Shown here piece after piece: positions 17,689-27,095 of a stretch of 64,000 bases of DNA (position 1 is its first letter; each line of letters opens with the position of its first letter). Position numbers and translations under genes: made by a program. Origin of the DNA: Fidelibacterota bacterium (GTDB lineage: Bacteria > Fidelibacterota > UBA8477 > JABMPR01); contig JAIPJF010000001.1 in assembly GCA_021734325.1 (NCBI GenBank), forward strand, positions 88,232-152,231. Reading direction: 5' to 3'. The notes under the pieces are model-generated. The model searched no databases, was not told the origin of the DNA, and saw only the letters and a program-made list of their open reading frames with translations.

Positions 17689-18937
17689 TAACCTCTATTG
17701 GAGTATTCGCATCATCAGCGAGTTCTTCAGAAGTTTTGAGGACCTCCTCGGCTGCCGGTAGATCAGGTAGGTCCTGTACCTTGCGCCGTCTGCTGCGCCT
17801 TGATTTTGCCGGGATCAAGTCCCGAACAAACTCCAGTTTTCCAAAACAAAGCAGCCGGTCATCTGGCTCCAGAATCCGTGATGCCTTGGGATTGGGTATT
17901 ACTACGGTCCCCCGGTAGAGTGTCAACACATTAATATCTTTTTCCCGAAGACCAGATTCCGTGATTGATTTACCAACATATTCTGATCCTTTTGGAATGT
18001 GTATCTCGGTAACACCATACCCGCGACTCACAGTCAAACGTTGACGAATATCTATTTCCGGAAAATCTACCTGGGCAGCGATGTAATCAATGACTGCACC
18101 TGCAATATCCAGCTGTGTACAACCCTCAATCCCCTCTAAACCAGGTGATGAATTCACTTCCATGATTTGGGGACCATCATGACTCTCTAAAAGGTCAACA
18201 CCAGCTATCCTCAGACCCATTATCTGGGCTGCTCTCACTGCCGTTTCCTCATACTCATGGCTCAGGACAACCTGCTCAGTTCTACCCCCTCGATGAACAT
18301 TGCTTCGAAATTCGTTCCCCTGAGCAACACGACGCATCGCTGCAACCACGCGGTCTCCAACAACAAAAGCACGAATATCCCGGCCGCGGCTCTCAGCTAC
18401 AAACTTCTGGATCAGAACATTTTGCTTCTGGCTTTGAAGCATTTCTATGATGGCTTCAGCAGCGTTGATCGTTTCTGCTAGGAGGACACCAATTCCCTGG
18501 GTCCCTTCAAGAAGCTTGATGACCACAGGGGCACCACCCACTCTTTGAATCGCAGGCAGAACATCTTTTTTATCCCTGACAAAAGTAGTTTGTGGTATTC
18601 CGATTTGGTGTCGACTCAGGATCTGCAGGCTCCTCAACTTATCTCTGGAAATGACAATGCCCGCAGCCGGATTGGCACAGAAAACATCCATTTGTTCAAA
18701 TTGTCTGACAACGGCAGTTCCGAAATAAGTAATGGATGCTCCAATTCTAGGGAGAACTGCATTATAGTGGGAAAGCTGCTTTTGACGAAAATAGAGGTCC
18801 GGATTACCTTCTTCAAGGTCAATGGCAAATTTTAAAGTATTCAGGACCTTGACTTCATGCCCACGCTGAACTGCGGCCTCGCGAAGTCGACGCGTGCTAT
18901 AGCACTTTGGGCTAACTGATAAAATCCCTAGTTTCAT
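17675..18937 (-). CDS. rimK: RimK-family ATP-grasp alpha-L-glutamate ligase fused to a C-terminal RCK_C (TrkA-C) domain
   Basis: The first ~300 aa are RimK-like (MKLGILS..., GAPVVIKLLEGTQGIGV, RAFVVGDRVVAAMRR, MEVNSSPGLEGIE). Residues ~305-385 (VTEIHIPKGSEYVGKSITESGLREKDINVLTLYRGTVVIPNPKASRILEPDDRLLCFG) fit the RCK_C pattern. A basic/acidic tail follows. Confidence 0.8.
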   Translation of the reverse strand: MKLGILSVSPKCYSTRRLREAAVQRGHEVKVLNTLKFAIDLEEGNPDLYFRQKQLSHYNAVLPRIGASITYFGTAVVRQFEQMDVFCANPAAGIVISRDKLRSLQILSRHQIGIPQTTFVRDKKDVLPAIQRVGGAPVVIKLLEGTQGIGVLLAETINAAEAIIEMLQSQKQNVLIQKFVAESRGRDIRAFVVGDRVVAAMRRVAQGNEFRSNVHRGGRTEQVVLSHEYEETAVRAAQIMGLRIAGVDLLESHDGPQIMEVNSSPGLEGIEGCTQLDIAGAVIDYIAAQVDFPEIDIRQRLTVSRGYGVTEIHIPKGSEYVGKSITESGLREKDINVLTLYRGTVVIPNPKASRILEPDDRLLCFGKLEFVRDLIPAKSRRSRRRKVQDLPDLPAAEEVLKTSEELADDANTPIEVIGNE

Positions 18938-19324
18938 TATATTCCTTCCTTAACCAAAATTTCTTGAGGCTATTGATTCTATTTCATTTATGACTGCTCA
19001 TAATTCACAGGTACATCGGCAGCACTTTCAAGGTAGATAGAAATCTGCCTGTCCCAACAAGAATCTGCTGTTCCTATCCTGCCTAAGTCTGCAATGGAAC
19101 ATTTATATAAACACCATTTCATATTCTGGGTGCATATCTCTGGACAAATTAGTCAAATTAAACCTTGAATCAGAAACCGCTTTTCTCGGAATATAAGTAT
19201 ATTGACACAAAAAAAGCTTTTTCCTGATATCCGGAAAAAATGTGTACTTTAGATACATGAATAGATACCGAGAGATTGTTCAGATCATTTATGGTATAAA
19301 TGCTAAACATCAGGAGATTATTTT

Positions 19325-19702
19325 ATGAAAAATGTAGGCATTGCAATTCTGTTACTACAAGTGTTAACTGCTTGTTCAATCGTCAATATTTTCACTGGTC
19401 ACGAGCATATAGCCGGTGTGACGATAATGAGTGTTGAGGATATTCAAAATGATTCCGGTGACATGACACGAGAGATAAGAGGTGTTATTTCAGATTCTTT
19501 TGAAAGCAACGATGAATGGATACTGGCAATCCGTACCATTCATGAACAAAAGAAACTCGCTGGTTCGAAAATGCTCATCCTGGTTTTTCTGGAAGACGAA
19601 CCTTGGGAAGATGGGGTAGCTTACGCCAGGGGAAGATTCGAAAATAATAAACTGATTTCTTTGAAGGTTGATGGAATACAACTGGTCATGAATAAGCCAT
19701 AA
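19325..19702 (+). CDS. Hypothetical small lipoprotein (125 aa)
   Basis: Signal and lipobox MKNVGIAILLLQVLTACS. RBS AGGAG. Confidence 0.5.
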   Translation: MKNVGIAILLLQVLTACSIVNIFTGHEHIAGVTIMSVEDIQNDSGDMTREIRGVISDSFESNDEWILAIRTIHEQKKLAGSKMLILVFLEDEPWEDGVAYARGRFENNKLISLKVDGIQLVMNKP

Positions 19703-19782
19703 AAGGTGCCTTCGCTTTCACTAGATTTTAATGAAATGCGTCAAAATCGGATTCGTCAGTATATGCATAGAGATCGTATAGC

Positions 19783-22700
19783 GTGAAGACCTATACGAAG
19801 AGATCACTCATCTATGCTGCTTTGGGGGGCATACTCCTTGCGCTCATCCTATCCGTAGGATTGGTCTGGCTTTCCAGCGAGGCAGGAGAGACATTCCTTC
19901 TGGACAAGATACTCACCACCCTGAACTCTGAACTGAACGCCGAGATCCGTGCTGATCGATTGAAAACTAATTTTTTTGGGTCCATTATGCTGGAGAATGT
20001 GGGGATAAACCACCAGACACCTGATCAGCCTGAACTAATCACCCTGAAACGCATGGCCATCAATATTGACTGGTGGCAACTTATTCGAAAGCAAATACAG
20101 ATCGATAGGCTGGAGATCGATACGGCCACCATTCATATATGGGCCGATTCAACCAATACGTGGCTCGTGACTGAGCTGTTTCCAACAGACTCTCTGTCAG
20201 AATCGGAATGGTCGCTAGCTGTAGGTGAAATCCATTTCAAGAACACAAAAGTCTTTTTGTCTGCTCCCGATCTAAATATAGATATGCAGTTGGAGCCTCT
20301 CGAATTTGTGGCTACAGCAATTCGCAGCGGGTACGACTGGAACTTAAAAAGCGGGTGGGTGAACATTGCAGGGCTGGATAGCTCAGCCTCCCTGCAAATG
20401 AGCGGAAGTATAGACACTGAGAAGATCCTGATCGAGAGTGCGATACTTCAGTCCCAAAACTATACACTCAACACATCTGGTACGATCGAGTATCTAAAGG
20501 ATTCATATCCCCTGGATTTGAACATCGATTTTCAAGGTGAACCAACCACCATCCTGAGCTTTCTGGGTCCTGTGATTGAGATCGACTTTCCCAGTATATG
20601 TGGTAATATCAATGCTCATTTCAGGCTCACGCAGGATTTATATCATCCTCATCTTCAGTACGACGGGTTACTCCAGTCGTTCTCAATTCAAAATTTTCCA
20701 GAGTTGAATGGGACCATGAGCGGTTTGATCACGGCTGAAATTATGCAGATCGATACGATGGATATTTCCTCTATGGATATCCCTATGAGGGGAAAAGCCT
20801 TGATTCGCCTTGATGATGTTTATGCGCATGAACTCGCTGTCACTATTCCTGAATTCGAAATTGACAAAGCCCTGTCACAAATACCGGGAACTGGTGTCGA
20901 TTATTCTGGCCTGCTCCAGGGTCAGCTAAGTAGTCAAGGATCCCTGCTCAACCTGGAAGATTTGCTAGTCGCTGGTGATTTTAATGTGAGCAAGGCCAGA
21001 TTTCTGAATAAACCGATCAGCGATAGTAAATTACACGCATCAGTTCAGAATGGTTCTGTGATTTTCAACCTATCCCAAGCGAATAACCTCATCAGCGTTA
21101 AGGCAAGATTGGATTCTATCACCGACCTGTCTGGATCCATTCAGGTAAATCTTGAGAATCTCGGACCCTTAGCCGGTCTGACTCCCTTTGCCGGTGCTTC
21201 AGGTAAAGTTTTGGGGTCAGGAACATTCAGTCGCCTGGGTGAGAAAATTAAATATTCCTCTACCCTCTCCCTCAATTCGGTGTCCTACGAAGGATTTAAT
21301 ATTGAGGCAGGGCGTCTTGTCGTGTCTGGCAGCAATAAATCATGGAAAATCCTTTCATCCAGTTTTACAGGCTCTATGATTGATCTGAGTCTTGTCAATC
21401 GATTCCTGCCCAGACCAAGGGTCTATGGTTTTGGCAGCTACCAGATATCGGTATCAGGGACAAGCAATGATCTGGTGGGCAATTTAAGTCTCGTTGCTGA
21501 AAACATGCAGATTGACTCTGTTCAGATCGATTCATCCAGATTCAATTTGAGCGCAACAGGTACCCTGGTTCTGCTCGATCAGAGCGTGGTCAACCTTTAT
21601 GGATTAAGATCAACAATGACAGGCAGCTATAACTGGAAAAACTCAGATACTCATCTCAATGTGGCTCTATCACAAAATACTGGAAGAAGAATAGAAAAAC
21701 TGGATTTATTGAACTTTACTGGCGCCTATCAAGCAAAGACCTTTACAGGTCAATTCGATTTTAACGATTTCGAAATATCAGATATGGAACTACTTCCAGG
21801 CGAATTGGATCCTTTAAGCGGGCGTCTAAGCGGAAATTTGAAGTTCAGTGCACATAGTGAAATAGAAACCATTGAAACCAATATCAAGTTCGTCTCTCCA
21901 TCATGGCATGATGAGCATTTTGATCAACTCTCCTTAAAGGGGAGTTACAAGAGTAAACGTGTATCTTTAGAAACCTTGCAGCTTGAACGAGGGAAGGAAA
22001 CAATTCAGTGCCAGGTCAGTTTTCCATTTGATCTCAGATCACCGACTGCGGACAGCAATACCGAATTTCTGGGGAGGTTGGTGATTGAGAATTTTAAGTT
22101 GAGCAACATATCTCAATTTTTACCGACTGTATATCAGTTAAGTGGAATAATCGATTCGGATTTAAAGATATCAGGACCTCTCTCCCTCCCCCGTATCAAT
22201 GGGACAGCCAAAATCTCCAATCTGGATTTCAGGTCATATAGTCAGACCATCCTGAACATGCCAAGCCTGGCGATGGATTTTAAAGAGCAGAGCCTATCAA
22301 TGAGGGAACAAGCGGCATTACTCGGCGCAACTCCGCTCAAATTCGGCGGCAGTTTTTCAGCCAGCAGTCGCGAATCTTTTCAGCTCCTTGCTCTCGTGGA
22401 TCTAGACCAGCAGGGATCTGTCAATTTTGATCTTCTCTCCAGGCAGAAACGCTTGGATACAAAAATAAAAGTTACTGCATTGAATCTTGCTGTACTCGAT
22501 CCCCTCCTCGACCCACAGCAACACTTCGGCGGTATTGTTAATGGCGTTTTAGATGTAAAAAATCTCTCCGCTGTTCCGATTTTCAATGGAAATATTTCAA
22601 TCACAAATGGAAGTGCGGCATTTGGCTCCGACCTTCCCCTTGTCACAGAGTTTCAGTCTGATATTGGTTTTAAGGATACCAGTATGACGATTCGTTTATT

Positions 22701-24174
22701 AAAAGGTAAAATGGGCACCATACCCTTTGCGTCAAAAGGACATATTCGCCATCAAGGTTGGGAACGATTCTATATCAGCAATGAGATTGAGGTATCTGGG
22801 ATCAAAGCACTGACTCTTTCTGGCAACATCTCCAGGAAAAGTATGGATCTTTTGCTGAATTTAAGGGAACTGAACCTGGCAGCCCTTCAGCCATTTGTGA
22901 AGGAAGCAAAAGGACTCACAGGATTTGCCTCAGCGGACATGCATTTTAGCGGTGAACTTCTCCAACCTGCAATCGGAGGACAATTGGTGGTCAGGGATGT
23001 GTCTTTTTTAAGTGCATATCTCAATACTCCCCTACATAGTGGAAAGCTAAGCGCGCATTTCACTGGTAATAAGGTAACACTTGATTCAGTGAGTTTTAAA
23101 CAGGGCTTAAAGGGGCAAATACGCTTGAAGGGTAGTGCCTCCACGAGGAAAAATGCGCTGCCTCATCTCAATTTTGTTCTCGTCGCTGATCGCATTAATC
23201 TAAAAGAAACCAAGTCAGTCAAAGCAGAGATCAAGCATGCAAACCTAAATTTCAGCAACACCCAGGATGGATACCTGATTAGTGGAGAAATAAGATCGGG
23301 AAATGCTATTCTGAAACAGAAATTCTCACCGCAAGATATTGTTCGGATCGCTGTTCAAAACTCAACACCAACCCAAGAAGTGAATCCTCTTTTTGACAAA
23401 ACGAGTCTCAGGGTGAAGATATTTGAAAGTGAGACCATCAACATTGACAACAATCTGGCTAATGTCAAACTGAAACCTGATCTTTCAATCATTGGTACTC
23501 TGGCAAGACCTATCCCCGTCGGACGACTGCGGATTATGGAGGGACATATTTTCTATCTTGATCGAAAATTTATGGTCATCTCTGGGATAGTCGATTTTCA
23601 AGATTCCTACAAGGTAAATCCCATTGTGGATTTTCATGCTAAGACGGAGTTGAAACCATATCAAACCCGTTCGAAGCAGGAATACACAATATATCTGGAT
23701 GTTCTAGGACCCCTTGATGCTGCCACTGTAGAGCTCAGATCCGATCCGGTACTCGATCGAACAGATATTTTGACCCTATTGACCATGGGTGCGACTCGGA
23801 AAGAATTAACCAGCTACGATCCAAGTCTCGATGATGCTAGCATCTCGCGTATTGTGCAGGATCGTCTAGCAGACTATAGCAGTCAAAAGATCTCCGGATT
23901 TGCTTCAAATAAAATTGGAACGGTGTTGAATCTGGATCAGGTAAGAATTGAGGGTAACCTATTTGACTTTAGCTCTACCTGGGGACCTCAATTGGTTGCA
24001 TCCAAAAAACTCAACGAGCAGACTACGCTGACTTATGGGACAACGATTGGCCAGGCGACCGATCAGAACATCAAACTTGAATATGAAATAAAAGAAGGTA
24101 TGTCCATCGAAGGTCAAACAGATCAAAAGGGTCGGTCAGGTCTTGATCTTAAATTTGGATTTAAATTTAAATGA
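19783..24174 (+). CDS. tamB: TamB/AsmA-like translocation and assembly module protein
   Basis: 1463 aa, GTG start, single N-terminal TM anchor. The body is a long repetitive beta-rich region. The DUF490-like C-terminus ends ...GRSGLDLKFGFKFK. There is a 4-nt overlap with the downstream Omp85 gene. Confidence 0.75.
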   Translation: MKTYTKRSLIYAALGGILLALILSVGLVWLSSEAGETFLLDKILTTLNSELNAEIRADRLKTNFFGSIMLENVGINHQTPDQPELITLKRMAINIDWWQLIRKQIQIDRLEIDTATIHIWADSTNTWLVTELFPTDSLSESEWSLAVGEIHFKNTKVFLSAPDLNIDMQLEPLEFVATAIRSGYDWNLKSGWVNIAGLDSSASLQMSGSIDTEKILIESAILQSQNYTLNTSGTIEYLKDSYPLDLNIDFQGEPTTILSFLGPVIEIDFPSICGNINAHFRLTQDLYHPHLQYDGLLQSFSIQNFPELNGTMSGLITAEIMQIDTMDISSMDIPMRGKALIRLDDVYAHELAVTIPEFEIDKALSQIPGTGVDYSGLLQGQLSSQGSLLNLEDLLVAGDFNVSKARFLNKPISDSKLHASVQNGSVIFNLSQANNLISVKARLDSITDLSGSIQVNLENLGPLAGLTPFAGASGKVLGSGTFSRLGEKIKYSSTLSLNSVSYEGFNIEAGRLVVSGSNKSWKILSSSFTGSMIDLSLVNRFLPRPRVYGFGSYQISVSGTSNDLVGNLSLVAENMQIDSVQIDSSRFNLSATGTLVLLDQSVVNLYGLRSTMTGSYNWKNSDTHLNVALSQNTGRRIEKLDLLNFTGAYQAKTFTGQFDFNDFEISDMELLPGELDPLSGRLSGNLKFSAHSEIETIETNIKFVSPSWHDEHFDQLSLKGSYKSKRVSLETLQLERGKETIQCQVSFPFDLRSPTADSNTEFLGRLVIENFKLSNISQFLPTVYQLSGIIDSDLKISGPLSLPRINGTAKISNLDFRSYSQTILNMPSLAMDFKEQSLSMREQAALLGATPLKFGGSFSASSRESFQLLALVDLDQQGSVNFDLLSRQKRLDTKIKVTALNLAVLDPLLDPQQHFGGIVNGVLDVKNLSAVPIFNGNISITNGSAAFGSDLPLVTEFQSDIGFKDTSMTIRLLKGKMGTIPFASKGHIRHQGWERFYISNEIEVSGIKALTLSGNISRKSMDLLLNLRELNLAALQPFVKEAKGLTGFASADMHFSGELLQPAIGGQLVVRDVSFLSAYLNTPLHSGKLSAHFTGNKVTLDSVSFKQGLKGQIRLKGSASTRKNALPHLNFVLVADRINLKETKSVKAEIKHANLNFSNTQDGYLISGEIRSGNAILKQKFSPQDIVRIAVQNSTPTQEVNPLFDKTSLRVKIFESETINIDNNLANVKLKPDLSIIGTLARPIPVGRLRIMEGHIFYLDRKFMVISGIVDFQDSYKVNPIVDFHAKTELKPYQTRSKQEYTIYLDVLGPLDAATVELRSDPVLDRTDILTLLTMGATRKELTSYDPSLDDASISRIVQDRLADYSSQKISGFASNKIGTVLNLDQVRIEGNLFDFSSTWGPQLVASKKLNEQTTLTYGTTIGQATDQNIKLEYEIKEGMSIEGQTDQKGRSGLDLKFGFKFK

Positions 24175-25952
24175 GAATCCTAGGACATATAATTCTGTAT
24201 TTCTTGACAGCGGTCATACTATTCAGCGCTCCCAAAGAAAAGACCTTCAAGGTTAAAGACGTTCAATTCAACGGGAATAAGGCCTTTAGCAGTTCCTCAC
24301 TTAACAAGGTGATTCTCAACCGACCCTCAAAGTTACTGCAACCCATTATTTATCAGGACGAAATCTTCATTGAAGATTTAGCGTCAATCAAGCGACACTA
24401 TAACCGCCGCGGTTTCCTGGAAATGGGTATCCCAAACTATTCTGTAAAAATTGACTCGTCGGATTATTTGGTTTCCATCAGTATAAATATTGATGAAGGT
24501 CCTCAGACGCTCCTCGATATCATTCAATTAAACGGAAATCATAGTCTTTCTGATTCCAGTATCATGGCCAAAGTTAAACTGACAAGCGGTGATCCCCTTG
24601 ATGTTGACATAATTGAGCTTTCCAGACAGATAATAACCAGGCTTTATGCCGATCAGGGTTATCTCAATACGGACGTAAAAACAGAATCGGAATTGAGGGA
24701 GAATCTTAACAGTGCATCTTTAAACTTTAACATCACAGAAGGCATTCAATATAAAATTGGCACGATTGAAATTGAGGGGCTGGAAAAGACCAGACCATAT
24801 GTTATTAGACGTGAGATTAATCTTGAGCAAGGTCAATTTATCAATTACTCCGAGATACTTCAGAATCAGAGAAAAATCTATCTCCTGGGTTTATTCGAGT
24901 CAGTGTTTATTGAACCCAGAGAAAGTGCAACTCAAGACTCTTCCATACAGGATTTGGTAGTAAAAGTGAAGGAAGTCGAAGCCGGTTCTTTTAATGTATC
25001 AGTTGGATATGGCTCTGTTGATCGGATGCGTGCTCAACTGCAATTTGTACAGAATAATTTAAAGGGGACATCAAATAAGCTCGGTAGCAAGGCAAAGATC
25101 AGTTCAATACAGCGACTTGTGGAACTGTCCTATACAAACCCGAGAATCAGAGGTTCCCTTTGGCGGGCTGATTTGAATCTCAGGAGGGAGAGACTTTTCC
25201 AACCCAGCTATGAGCTGCTCAGTCATGGTTTGCGAATGGCTGCCCGCAGGAATCTTGATAAAAACCTATCCATTACCTTGTCAACACGTAATGAGATAAA
25301 CGAATTATCAGAGATCAAAGTGGACACAACCACTGGCGGCCTGGCTGCAAACGTCCACAGTTTTAACCTCCGCTTTACCTATGACAGCAGAGACAACCTG
25401 TTCAATCCCAAGCAGGGCATATATTTGGAATGGTCAAATGAGATTGCAGGCGGGCCGATAACAAGTTCAAATAATTTCCTTAAATCAGTGTTAAGACTCA
25501 GATATTTTAAAAGTATACTCAAGGAGAGCACGCTGGGGACAGCAGTGGAAATTGGCCGGATTTTTTCGCGCAACCAGAACACAAATATCTCGCTCCAGGA
25601 ACGATTTTACGCAGGGGGTCCAAATTCCTTGAGAGGTTTCAGGTATCAGGAGATTGGTCCCCTTGATTCTAAGGGATACCCGCAGGGTGGTTTGATCCTG
25701 CTTATCTGGAATGTCGCAGAATTAAGATATCCACTATATAAATCATTACAGGGAAGCGCCTTCGTTGATGTGGGCAACGCATGGTTTGATATACAATCAC
25801 TTCAAGAGGGAATATTAGCGAGTGATGCAGGCCTGGGACTTAATTACAACACTGCACTTGGGGTCATTCGGTTTGATGTTGCCATACCATTGGGGAACGT
25901 TATGGCAAAAGATAGAATTAGATTTAACTTAAGTATGGGTTACGCTTTCTAG
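24171..25952 (+). CDS. Omp85-family protein (TamA/BamA-like, short POTRA region)
   Basis: 593 aa. Signal peptide, POTRA-like repeats (FKVKDVQFNGNKAFS..., IGTIEIEGLEKT), a D15 surface-antigen barrel and a terminal aromatic residue (..SMGYAF). Confidence 0.85.
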   Translation: MRILGHIILYFLTAVILFSAPKEKTFKVKDVQFNGNKAFSSSSLNKVILNRPSKLLQPIIYQDEIFIEDLASIKRHYNRRGFLEMGIPNYSVKIDSSDYLVSISINIDEGPQTLLDIIQLNGNHSLSDSSIMAKVKLTSGDPLDVDIIELSRQIITRLYADQGYLNTDVKTESELRENLNSASLNFNITEGIQYKIGTIEIEGLEKTRPYVIRREINLEQGQFINYSEILQNQRKIYLLGLFESVFIEPRESATQDSSIQDLVVKVKEVEAGSFNVSVGYGSVDRMRAQLQFVQNNLKGTSNKLGSKAKISSIQRLVELSYTNPRIRGSLWRADLNLRRERLFQPSYELLSHGLRMAARRNLDKNLSITLSTRNEINELSEIKVDTTTGGLAANVHSFNLRFTYDSRDNLFNPKQGIYLEWSNEIAGGPITSSNNFLKSVLRLRYFKSILKESTLGTAVEIGRIFSRNQNTNISLQERFYAGGPNSLRGFRYQEIGPLDSKGYPQGGLILLIWNVAELRYPLYKSLQGSAFVDVGNAWFDIQSLQEGILASDAGLGLNYNTALGVIRFDVAIPLGNVMAKDRIRFNLSMGYAF

Positions 25953-25999
25953 TGAGATCTATTTTAAAAACGTGTATCAAGCATTAAGAGGGTGAACAA

Positions 26000-27055
26000 A
26001 TGACACCGAAATATAATAAGAATCTTGGAATGCCTCCTGGGACATTGACCTACATTGGGGCATTGCCTGGCCATGACGTGAACATTTCTGTCATAGATTA
26101 CAATCAAGAAAATTATCAGTCAGTTGAAATAAAAAACATTCAGGAACTCCAATATTATCGGGATCAACCCACGATCACATGGATCAATCTTGATGGCATT
26201 CACAACATTGAGATCCTTCGGGAGCTGGGATCATTATTTGATATTCATCCCCTGCTCCTGGAAGACATTGTGAACACAAATCATCGGCCTAAACTGGATG
26301 AGCATGATGATCAGATATTCTTCACCTTAAAAATGTTGCTGGAGCAGCGAGATTCAGGTTCGCTTAATACTGAGCAGGTAAGTATCATCATCGGCAAAAA
26401 TTATGTGATCTCATTCCAGGAAACACCCCAGGATCTATTTGATCAGGTCCGGATACGGATTAAGAACAGTAAGGGCAGAATCCGAATGAATGGGGTTGAT
26501 TACCTGGTATATGCCCTGGTAGATGCGGTCGTAGACAGCTATTTCAATACTGTTGACGCCATCGATGAACAGGTTGGTCTGCTCGAGGATAGAGTCCTGT
26601 CAGATCCGTCCAATGCAGATCTTGAATCCATTCAAAATCTGAAAAAACAACTTGTCACCATGAGACGTATCATCACACCCCTCCGTGAGGCACTGGGGTT
26701 TCTTGAAAAAAGTGAATCAACCCTCATTGATCCGCGCACGAGATACTACTTTCGCGATGTATACGACCATATTCTCTTAGTCTCAGATTTTATTGATGCC
26801 AGCCGGGATATTCTGAACAATGTCATGGACACATTCAATTCTACTGTCAGCAATCGCATGAATCAGATCATGAAAGTACTGACGATTATCGCAACAATAT
26901 TTATTCCCTTGACCTTTATCGCTGGTGTTTATGGTATGAATTTTACCTATATGCCAGAATTGAACTGGAAATGGGCTTATCCAGCTGTATTGGGTGTTAT
27001 GTTCACAGTATTTGTGGGAATGTTGGTGTATTTCAGAAAGAGCAAATGGTTATAA
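26000..27055 (+). CDS. corA: CorA magnesium/cobalt transporter
   Basis: 351 aa with the YGMNF signature before the last TM. Confidence 0.9.
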   Translation: MTPKYNKNLGMPPGTLTYIGALPGHDVNISVIDYNQENYQSVEIKNIQELQYYRDQPTITWINLDGIHNIEILRELGSLFDIHPLLLEDIVNTNHRPKLDEHDDQIFFTLKMLLEQRDSGSLNTEQVSIIIGKNYVISFQETPQDLFDQVRIRIKNSKGRIRMNGVDYLVYALVDAVVDSYFNTVDAIDEQVGLLEDRVLSDPSNADLESIQNLKKQLVTMRRIITPLREALGFLEKSESTLIDPRTRYYFRDVYDHILLVSDFIDASRDILNNVMDTFNSTVSNRMNQIMKVLTIIATIFIPLTFIAGVYGMNFTYMPELNWKWAYPAVLGVMFTVFVGMLVYFRKSKWL

Positions 27056-27095
27056 GAGTCTAATAGCAATTGAATCGAAATATCAGGGGTTTTTA

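Noticed and set aside
26994-27095. Upstream extension of the D-aminoacylase ORF as given in the track
   Set aside because: It overlaps corA by 62 nt and encodes no signal. The internal ATG at 27096 yields a clean Tat-type signal peptide.
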